A stretch of 64,000 nucleotides of DNA, taken from NCBI RefSeq assembly GCF_001485435.1, contig NZ_BCMS01000002.1:88426-152425 (forward strand). The letters run 5' to 3'. The stretch is from Deinococcus grandis. Lineage in GTDB: Bacteria > Deinococcota > Deinococci > Deinococcales > Deinococcaceae. Below the pieces are notes generated by a model, which worked only from the letters and a program-made list of their open reading frames with translations, was not told the origin of the DNA and ran no database searches. Of the stretch, positions 17,823 to 25,683 are shown piece after piece (position 1 is the stretch's first letter; each line of letters opens with the position of its first letter). The translations under genes were made by a program, and so were the position numbers.

Positions 17823-19075
17823 GACCCAGACCGCGCGCCGGTCGGGCCACGCGCCTCAAACGGCTGGCGTTCGTGCTGCTCGTGCTGGGCAGCGTGGGCG
17901 GCGCGCTCGGCGCCCTGCTGCTGTCCGCGCAGGTCTTCGACCGCCTGAGCCGCGCCTCCGCGCAGGTGGACGCCCTGAGCCTCGCGCGGCGCCCCGCGTC
18001 GAGCGCGACCCTGAGCTGGCAGGCGCCGCCGCCCGGCACGCGCCAGCCGGACGGCGTGACGCTCGAGGACCTGCGACAGGCGTACCTGCTGGCCTTCAGT
18101 GAACTGACGTACGCGCATGGCAGCGGAGACACCACCGGCCTGCCGGGCCGTTTCGGTGGCCGCGCCTTGCAGGAGGCGGTGGCGGCCACCACGCCACGCA
18201 CCGGGGCGCTCGTACTCGACTGGGGGCACCGCGCCACGCCGCTGGGGCTGCTGGACGACCGGACCTTCCAGCTGCGGGACGACCTGTGGACGCTGCGCGC
18301 CCTGCCCGGCCCGGACGGCTGGCAGGAGCCGGTGGTGCGGCGGGAGACCCGCTCGGTGACCCTCCAGCAGAGCGGCGGGGTGTGGCGGGTCACGCACTGG
18401 CGCGTCACCGACTGGCGCGCCCCGCAGGCGCGTCCCGCGACGCCGCTCGCGCTGCGCGGCTGGCGCGCCGTGACCTTCCAGGACTGGAGCGACTGGACGC
18501 GGGACGAGTGGACGGCCACGCTGCGGCGCGTCCGGCAGGCCGGGCTGGGCCCGGTGGCGCTGGCCATGCCGGACGCGCCGACGCTGAACACCGGACGCGC
18601 CCTGGGCCTGGGCGTGCGGCTGGCCCGGCAGTCCGGGCTGGACGTCGTCGTGACCTTCGACACGCCCCTGACGCTGGCGTCCCTGCCGTCCCGGGTCACG
18701 GCGGCGGCGCAGGCGCGCGGCGCGCTCGCCCTGCTGCCCGGCCCGCTGCCAGACAGCTCGCTGAACACTGCCCGGGCGCTCGGGATCCTGCGGGCCGCGC
18801 AGCCCCTGCCGCTCGTCACGGGGGGCGCACCCGTCCGGACCGACGTCGCGGCGCTGATCGCCGGGACGCTCACCGACGCCCCCCCGGTCGGCCCGTCCGC
18901 GCCCGGCGTGGCGTTCCGCCTCCCGGCGCCCCCACGGCTGCCATGGAAGCAGGCCGCGTTCCTGGAGGCCGCGTCGGCCCTGCCCGACCGGGGCTGGCTC
19001 GCGCCCAGCCTGGACGCCCTGACCGACACCAGCGGGACGCTCACGCCGCTGGGCCGCGCGCTCCTGCGACGCTGA
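17819..19075 (+). CDS. Membrane-anchored hypothetical protein (N-terminal TM helix, ~390-aa extracytoplasmic region)
   Basis: MRPRPRAGRATRLKRLAFVLLVLGSVGG is the N-terminal anchor. The ATG is formed at the repeat junction, so the true start may lie further downstream. Confidence 0.5.
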   Translation: MRPRPRAGRATRLKRLAFVLLVLGSVGGALGALLLSAQVFDRLSRASAQVDALSLARRPASSATLSWQAPPPGTRQPDGVTLEDLRQAYLLAFSELTYAHGSGDTTGLPGRFGGRALQEAVAATTPRTGALVLDWGHRATPLGLLDDRTFQLRDDLWTLRALPGPDGWQEPVVRRETRSVTLQQSGGVWRVTHWRVTDWRAPQARPATPLALRGWRAVTFQDWSDWTRDEWTATLRRVRQAGLGPVALAMPDAPTLNTGRALGLGVRLARQSGLDVVVTFDTPLTLASLPSRVTAAAQARGALALLPGPLPDSSLNTARALGILRAAQPLPLVTGGAPVRTDVAALIAGTLTDAPPVGPSAPGVAFRLPAPPRLPWKQAAFLEAASALPDRGWLAPSLDALTDTSGTLTPLGRALLRR

Positions 19076-19391
19076 ACGCGGGAGCGCGCGGCCGCTCAGA
19101 GCAGCATGCATACAGGATGAAAATGACTCGCCTGCGACTTGGACACGTTCCGTTGTCCCCTCTCCCCTGTGGGACTCGTAGAGCTGCGCAGCAGAGAGGG
19201 AGGGAGGAGCGAAGCGACGGAAGGGTGAGGGGGCCACCGGGCGACTCCGAACGCTGTAGAATCACTTGAATCCCGTATGAACGGACCGTCACTCCGCCTG
19301 GACGTGCAGAGCGAGCACCTCACCACACCAGCGGTTGGAAGTCGAATGGAGGGGCCGACATCACGCCCTTCCATGGAACTGGACCCCGCTG

Positions 19392-21932
19392 TCAGAGCGG
19401 GTCGGTGCGGGGCAGGGTGAAGGAGAAGGTGGCGCCCTGGTCGGGTTCGCTCTCGGCGTGGACCTGCCCGCCGTGGCGCTGGATGATGCGGCGGACGTTC
19501 GCGAGGCCGACGCCGGTCCCGCCGAAGTCCTCGGCGCGGTGCAGCCGCTGGAAGACGCCGAACAGCTTGTGGGCGTATGCGGGGTCGAAGCCCACGCCGT
19601 TGTCCCGGACGTTCACGCGCCACTCGCCGGGCAGCGCGTCGGCCCACACCTCGATCAGGGGTGCGGTGCGGGTCGCGGAGTACTTCACGGCGTTGGACAG
19701 CAGGTTGGTCATGACCTGGCGTAGCAGCGCGGCGTCGGCCTGCACGGTCGGGAGGGGCGAGACGCGCAGGGTGACGTCGCGGCCCTCGAGTTCGGGGGCG
19801 AGGCTGACCTGCACGCTGCCGACCAGGGCGCCGAGGTCCACGTCGCGCAGGTGCAGTTCCTGGCGGGTGACGCGGGACAGGAGCAGCATGGCGTCGATCA
19901 GGGCGTTCATCTGCGTGGCGGAGTCGCCGATGATGTTCAGGTACCGTTCGGCCTTGGGTTGGCCGCTCAGGTCGCCGAGGGTGCGGCGCAGCAGGTCGGT
20001 GAAGCCCGCGATGTGCCGCACGGGGGCGCGCAGGTCGTGGCTGACGGAGTACGCGAAGGCCTCGAGTTCCTCGTTGGCGACCTGCAGCGCGGCGTTGCTG
20101 CGGGCGGTGTCCTGCGAGGTGCGGCGCAGTTCGGTGACGCTCGCGGCGCGGTCCAGGGCGAGTTGCAGGCTGCGGGTGACGCCCTCGATCAGCGCGCGTT
20201 CGGAGGTCGTCCACTGCCGCGCCTCGTACTGGACGACGGCGAACACGCCGATCAGTTCACCGGCCTGCCGCAGGGGGACGGTGGCGGTGGCGCCCACGAC
20301 GCGCGCGGCGGGTTCCAGGCGGTCGGTGTCCGGGTCGTAGCTGTCCTGGTAGTACGGCTGGCCGCTCTGCCAGGGAATCAGGAGGTTGCGGGTGTCCTCG
20401 AGGGGCAGGCCTCGGTCGACGGCGGCCTGCAGGTCCGGGTCGCGCAGGCTGCCCACCTGGGCGCGCAGGCGCCAGAGGTCCCCTTCGGGTTCGTAGTACA
20501 CCGCGAAGCCTGCCGGGAGGAGGCTCAGGGTGATCTCCTGCGCGCGGCGGATCAGGGCGTAGCGGTCTTCCTGGGCGCCCAGGTCGCGGCTGAGCTGCGC
20601 GAAGGCCTGCAGGGAGCGGGCCTGCACCTGCAGTTCGGCGTGCTGGCTGGCCAGTCGGCGCTCGCGGGTGTCGCGGTCCACCGCCTGCGCGAGGCTGCGG
20701 CCCACGGCGCGGAACACGCTGCGTTCCCGCGCGGTCCAGTCCGGGGCGCGGCGGGTGCCCATGGCGAGCACGCCGACCGGGTGGCCCTGGTCCATGACGG
20801 GGTACAGGGCGAGGGCGCCGAACGCGTCGGCGCCGCCGACACCGGTGGTGAGTTCGCTGACGTTCGGGATGAAGTGCGGCTGGCCCTGCGCGAACGCGGC
20901 GTTCAGGCCGTCGCCGGTCAGGGTGACGCCGGTCCGCAGGTGCTGCGCGAGCCGGGCCGGGAGTTCGCCCTGGGTGACCTCGGCGCGCCAGGTGTCGCCC
21001 TGCGGGACGAGGTACGCGACCGTGAGACGCTCGAAGGTGTCGCGCAGGACCTGCGCGGCCTGCCCGGCGATGTCGGCGACGTTTCTGGAGTGCGCGGCGC
21101 GTTCCTTGAAGTCCACGAGGGCCAGCAGGGTGGCGCGTTCCACGGCCAGCTGGTGCGCGCGGGCCACGCGTTCGAGCGCCTGGCCGTAGGCGAGTGCCGC
21201 GCCGGTGAAGGCGCCGCGTTCGCTGGCGGTCCAGTGCAGGCGGTCGCGGCAGCCGACACTCAGGACCGTGATGGGCCATTCCGGGACGTGGAAGGCCTGC
21301 AGGGCCGCCACGCGGTAGTCGGCGCTGGCGGGAATGTGCTGATCGGCGGCGTTCCAGTCGTCGATGAACAGCGGGCCTGGGTGCGCCTCGGCGGCGCGCA
21401 GCGCCGGGGAGTCCCCGAGCAGACCGTCGGGGAGGGGGGCCTGGACGGCGCTGGTGGCGTTGTCCGACACGAACCGGACGGCCCCGCGGACACCGGCGCA
21501 TTCGAGGACGCTGACGGTCACGTCGGGCAGCAGGGCGCGCAGGATGTCGGCCGCGCGGCGGTTGAGGTCACCGACCTCCAGGGCGGACCCGAGGCGCTCG
21601 GTGACCTGCAGGAACGCGCTGACCGCGCCGTCCGCGCCGAGGCTGGGGGGCAGCGCGCCGACGATGCGGGTGAGGCTCTGGTCGAGCAGGTCCGTCAGGG
21701 CCGCGCGGGCCGGGCCCGGGCCCGTGACCTGCAGGGTGGCGACCGGGGTGCCCTGCGTGGGCAGCGGCTGCCCCGGCTGGCCAGGGGCCCAGGGGCTGAG
21801 ATGGGCGTGCAGGCCCGCCTCGCGGGTGCGGGGGTGGTCGAGGACTGACTGGAGGTCGTCCAGCGTCGCGGCCCGGGTGAGGGCCAGGATCAGATCTGGC
21901 CAGGGATCGGCGGGGCCGCGGGCGGTACTCAT
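19392..21932 (-). CDS. Multi-GAF-domain sensor histidine kinase (HisKA + HATPase_c)
   Basis: The H-box is AFAYSVSHDLRAPVRHI. The ATPase G-boxes are VRDNGVGFDP and GGTGVGLANVRR. Several GAF-like repeats occupy the N-terminal 550 aa. No cognate regulator is adjacent. Confidence 0.85.
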   Translation of the reverse strand: MSTARGPADPWPDLILALTRAATLDDLQSVLDHPRTREAGLHAHLSPWAPGQPGQPLPTQGTPVATLQVTGPGPARAALTDLLDQSLTRIVGALPPSLGADGAVSAFLQVTERLGSALEVGDLNRRAADILRALLPDVTVSVLECAGVRGAVRFVSDNATSAVQAPLPDGLLGDSPALRAAEAHPGPLFIDDWNAADQHIPASADYRVAALQAFHVPEWPITVLSVGCRDRLHWTASERGAFTGAALAYGQALERVARAHQLAVERATLLALVDFKERAAHSRNVADIAGQAAQVLRDTFERLTVAYLVPQGDTWRAEVTQGELPARLAQHLRTGVTLTGDGLNAAFAQGQPHFIPNVSELTTGVGGADAFGALALYPVMDQGHPVGVLAMGTRRAPDWTARERSVFRAVGRSLAQAVDRDTRERRLASQHAELQVQARSLQAFAQLSRDLGAQEDRYALIRRAQEITLSLLPAGFAVYYEPEGDLWRLRAQVGSLRDPDLQAAVDRGLPLEDTRNLLIPWQSGQPYYQDSYDPDTDRLEPAARVVGATATVPLRQAGELIGVFAVVQYEARQWTTSERALIEGVTRSLQLALDRAASVTELRRTSQDTARSNAALQVANEELEAFAYSVSHDLRAPVRHIAGFTDLLRRTLGDLSGQPKAERYLNIIGDSATQMNALIDAMLLLSRVTRQELHLRDVDLGALVGSVQVSLAPELEGRDVTLRVSPLPTVQADAALLRQVMTNLLSNAVKYSATRTAPLIEVWADALPGEWRVNVRDNGVGFDPAYAHKLFGVFQRLHRAEDFGGTGVGLANVRRIIQRHGGQVHAESEPDQGATFSFTLPRTDPL

Positions 21933-22202
21933 CTCCGTTCACGATACCGCGTGGGTGGGCGGCCGGGGCGCTGCGTGGCGGACAGGTGAAGGGTCGGGGG
22001 CGGGGTGGTCGCGCGCTCCGGTCCGGGCAACGGGCCGTCCCCGCACCTTCACACTGGTCCGTGGGTGAGTGTGGCGTGGCGTGCGGAGGGCGCCTCATTC
22101 CGTCCGGCGCGAAGCCTGACCGGGTCGGCCCTGCGGCGGGGTGGGCGTGCGGTGCGCTATGGTGTGCCAGGAACACACCATCCGCTCTGTTCAGGGCAGA
22201 AT

Positions 22203-23072
22203 ATGAACACTATGGCCAGAACCAAGACCAGAACCGAGACCACCCCCGCCCCCAGCCTGCACCTCAGCTTCGACGCGCTGATGGCCACCGCGGCCGTCGA
22301 CAGCCAGATCGGCGCGCTGGTCGAGAGTGGCGCCGACGTCCAGACCATCGATCAGGCCCTGACCGGGGCGCTCGTCACCGCGCAGGGCCGCTGGGGTCTG
22401 GGCCTGCATCACCTGCGACACGAGGCCCGCCAGGACGGCGAGGACATCGTGTTTCTGGTGGACGGCCGCCCCGCCGCGCGCCTCAGTGAAGGGTCCGCCG
22501 CCCTGGCCGCCGCGTACGAGGCGATGCGCGCCACGGACGAGCGCGGCCTGAGCCTGTGGGGCGCGCTCGGCGACGGCTGGCGCGTGCCGGGCGACGCGCC
22601 CGCCGCCCGCCTGAAGGTCCTGATCGAGGACGCCCGCGATTTCGAGACCCACTGGACGGCCGCCCGCGGCGACGCCCACCACCGCACGTGGCGTCACGGC
22701 GACACGTTGACCGTCGAGGTCGCGCGGCCCGCCAGCGCCGAGGCGGCCCTGTCGGACGCGGCGTGGGACGTCATCACGAGCATCAAGGACCGGACCTTCC
22801 AGCGGGAACTGATGCGCCGCAGCGAGGAACTGGGCATGCTGGGCGCGCTGCTGGGCGCGCGGCACGCCGGGGCGCGCGGGAACCTGAACCTGATGCCGGA
22901 CGCGCACTTCACCGTGCAGGCGGCCGTGCACAGCGTCACCGGCCCCGACGGCCGCAACGCCGAGACGCACCGGACCCTGCTGCGCGCCGCGACCGCCGAA
23001 CTCGACGAGTTGCAGTCGCACACGACGCGTCAGCTGGCCGAGGTGCTGCGTCACGGCCTGAACAACCGCTGA
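22203..23072 (+). CDS. Hypothetical protein (289 aa)
   Basis: ATG at 22203 (Met67 of ORF 22005..23072), preceded by a lower-GC promoter region. No motif recognised. Confidence 0.45.
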   Translation: MNTMARTKTRTETTPAPSLHLSFDALMATAAVDSQIGALVESGADVQTIDQALTGALVTAQGRWGLGLHHLRHEARQDGEDIVFLVDGRPAARLSEGSAALAAAYEAMRATDERGLSLWGALGDGWRVPGDAPAARLKVLIEDARDFETHWTAARGDAHHRTWRHGDTLTVEVARPASAEAALSDAAWDVITSIKDRTFQRELMRRSEELGMLGALLGARHAGARGNLNLMPDAHFTVQAAVHSVTGPDGRNAETHRTLLRAATAELDELQSHTTRQLAEVLRHGLNNR

Positions 23073-23330
23073 CCGCGCCCGTGACCGCAGAGGCGCGCAG
23101 GGAATCCCCCTGCGCCTCCGCTGCCGCTCTCCGGCGCTGAACCCGGTGGATCCGCTGGCCGGTGGGCGGTGTGGACCACCGGTCCGGGCCGTGGGGGGGC
23201 GCGGATGCCAGAATGCGCGCGTGATGCGGTGTCCGTCTGGTCTGTTGAGGTCTGTGCCGGGCCCTGGGTGCCCGTCTCCCCGGCCCGCCGGGGTCCGGTG
23301 CCGGTCGTGCGGCGCGCTCCGGGGGCGCGT

Positions 23331-24260
23331 GTGACCCCGCTGGTCGTGGGGTTGGACCTGGGGGGCAGCAGCAGCAAGTGGCAGGTACGCCGGGGCGCAG
23401 AGGTGCTCGGGGCGGGGGCGGGGCCGCCCGTGACGGCCACGCTGCTGGCCACGGAGGCCGGGCGCGTGAACCTGCGGGCGCTGCGGGAGGCGCTCCCGGC
23501 GGGGATCGGGGCGGTGTGGGCGGGCCTGCCGGGGTTCGGGGGGTCACGGCCGGACGCGGCGGCCCTGCACGCGCAGCTGGCGGCGGGCCTCGGGGTAGAG
23601 GCCGGGCGGCTGCATCTGGAGAGTGATCTGGATCTGGCGTTCCGCGCGCACCTGCGTCCGGGCGGGGGCGTGCTGGTGTATGCCGGGACCGGGAGCGTGG
23701 CGTATCACGTCGCGGTGGGGGGGCAGGTGCTGCGCGCGGGTGGGCACGGGTTCCACATCGATGACGACGGCGCGGGGTACGCGCTGGGCCGGGCGGCGCT
23801 GCGCCGGGTGACCGGGCAGCTCGACCGGGGGGACGCGCCGGGTGGGGCGCTGGCGCTGGAGGTGCGGGCCGTGACGGGCGGGCTGGACTGGGACGCGTTG
23901 CGGCAGTTCACGTACGGGCAGCCGGGCGCGGCGGCGGTGGCGCGGCTGGCGCCGGCGGTGGGTCGCGCGGCGGACGCGGGTGACGTGGTGGCGCGCGCGA
24001 TTCTGCGGGACGCGGCGCAGGCGCTGGCGGCGCTGGCGGTGACGGTGCAGCGGCGCCTGCCGGAGGCGGTGCCGGTGGTGGCGACCGGGGGGGCGCTGCG
24101 GGTCAGTCCGCTGTTCGGGGCCGAGGTGCGCCGCGCGTGTCCGGGGGTGGTGATCCAGCAGCGGGATCACGCGGCGATGGCGGCCCTGGCGGCCGCGCAG
24201 CTGGTGCCCGAGGCGTGGGGCGGCGCCGCGATGCCCCCGGGCTTCACCCCTGGATCATGA
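23331..24260 (+). CDS. BadF/BadG/BcrA/BcrD-type ATPase (N-acetylglucosamine kinase-like, ASKHA fold)
   Basis: VVGLDLGGSSSKW is the phosphate-1 motif, and VYAGTGSVAY and HIDDDGAGYALG are the second ASKHA motifs. The start is uncertain (in-frame GTG at 23331; the ORF opens at 23169). Confidence 0.55.
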   Translation: MTPLVVGLDLGGSSSKWQVRRGAEVLGAGAGPPVTATLLATEAGRVNLRALREALPAGIGAVWAGLPGFGGSRPDAAALHAQLAAGLGVEAGRLHLESDLDLAFRAHLRPGGGVLVYAGTGSVAYHVAVGGQVLRAGGHGFHIDDDGAGYALGRAALRRVTGQLDRGDAPGGALALEVRAVTGGLDWDALRQFTYGQPGAAAVARLAPAVGRAADAGDVVARAILRDAAQALAALAVTVQRRLPEAVPVVATGGALRVSPLFGAEVRRACPGVVIQQRDHAAMAALAAAQLVPEAWGGAAMPPGFTPGS

Positions 24261-24447
24261 AGGTCTCATGGGGGGAGTGGTCTTCACCAGAGCGTCATGT
24301 GCGCGAAATGTGTGAGATCGCCGCGCAGACTCCTGATACAACTGACGGTGTTCAGTCGGCTGGACCCTTCATCCGGATATCCGCGTTTATGAAGGTTCGC
24401 TCAAGCGTGTATACTCAGGACCACCCCCATTTCCGAAGGAGATCACC

Positions 24448-25674
24448 ATGCGTAGAACCCTCACCTGCGCCGCCCTCACCCTGAGCCTTCTCGCCGCCTG
24501 CGGCACCACCTCCACGCCCGGCGTGCAGGCCGCGCGCCCCAGCACCCTCCTGACCGTCAGCGTGGACGCCAGCGTCAGCGACGCCACGCTGGCCCGGAAG
24601 TACGGCGGCACCGTGCAGCTGCGCACCGAGACCTTCGCCGTGATCGGCAACCCCCGCAGCCTCAGCGCCAGCGACCTGGGCGGCCAGACCGAGCAGAACG
24701 CCCAGGTCGTGCACGACCCCAGCAGCCTGTCCGCCGTCGCCAAGGCCATCTGGCCCGTGGCCATCAACGACTGGGCGGCCGTGAACGGCTACGCCGCCAG
24801 CGACTTCCACGACATGGCCGGTCAGACCGCGCAGCTCTGGAGCGGCGGCACCTTCCTGCCCTTCAGCGGCAACAGCCTCGCTTTCGGGAACGTCGCGCTG
24901 GACCACGCGCACCGCGCCGTCAGCGGCGGGCGCGAGGCCACCATCGCCATCATTGACGGACCGATGGACCTGGACCACAGCGCGCTGCGCGACTCCCTGA
25001 CCGGCCAGAGCGACTGGCGTGACTTCGCGGGCAACGACAGCCTGCCCGGCCTGACCGGCGCGGAGAGCGGCGCCATCTACGGCCACGCGACGGCCGTCGC
25101 GGGCATGGCCCTGCAGGTCGCGCCCTTCGCGAAGATCATGCCCGTGCAGGTGCTCGACAGCGCGGGCAGCGGCGACCTGCTGAACCTCGCGTCCGGCATC
25201 GTCTGGGCCGTCAACCGCGGCGCGGACGTCATCAACCTCAGCCTGGGCACCACCGGCCAGTCTCCGGCCGTGAAGCAGGCGTTGCAGTACGCCAACCAGA
25301 AGGGCGTCATGGTCGTCGCCGCGTCCGGCAACGACGGCGCGAGCAGCATGCTCTACCCCGCGTCCCTGCTGGCGCAGGACAGCCTGGGCGTCGCGGTGGG
25401 CAGCGTCACCGCCGGTGGTCAGATCAGCAGCTTCAGCTCGACCGGCCCGCAGGCGATGACCTTCGCGCCCGGCGAGGACGTCTTCACGCTGTTCCCCGGC
25501 AACCGCGCCGCGCAGTGGTCCGGCACGTCCCTGGCCGCCCCGGTCGTCGCCGGGCAGCTGGCGTACCTGAGTGCCGGTGGCGTCAGCGTGAACAGCGCCT
25601 ACGCGGCGGTGCGCAGCGCCGGGACCCCGCTGTCCGGTGCGTGGGGTACGGTCAACTTCGGCACAATTGAGTAA
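24448..25674 (+). CDS. Subtilisin-like serine peptidase (S8 family) lipoprotein
   Basis: Catalytic triad contexts: IIDGPMDLDHSAL (Asp), HATAVAGMA (His), GTSLAAPVVAG (Ser). Lipobox LSLLAA-C. GGAG RBS, with a TATACT -10 in the lower-GC upstream region. Confidence 0.85.
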   Translation: MRRTLTCAALTLSLLAACGTTSTPGVQAARPSTLLTVSVDASVSDATLARKYGGTVQLRTETFAVIGNPRSLSASDLGGQTEQNAQVVHDPSSLSAVAKAIWPVAINDWAAVNGYAASDFHDMAGQTAQLWSGGTFLPFSGNSLAFGNVALDHAHRAVSGGREATIAIIDGPMDLDHSALRDSLTGQSDWRDFAGNDSLPGLTGAESGAIYGHATAVAGMALQVAPFAKIMPVQVLDSAGSGDLLNLASGIVWAVNRGADVINLSLGTTGQSPAVKQALQYANQKGVMVVAASGNDGASSMLYPASLLAQDSLGVAVGSVTAGGQISSFSSTGPQAMTFAPGEDVFTLFPGNRAAQWSGTSLAAPVVAGQLAYLSAGGVSVNSAYAAVRSAGTPLSGAWGTVNFGTIE

Positions 25675-25683
25675 GCTCTTCTC

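Noticed and set aside
19117-19269. 50-codon ORF (MKMTRLRLGHV...) in the lower-GC intergenic island.
   Set aside because: It has atypical codon usage (AAA, AGA), no RBS and no motif. It is treated as a non-coding region (possible sRNA) instead.
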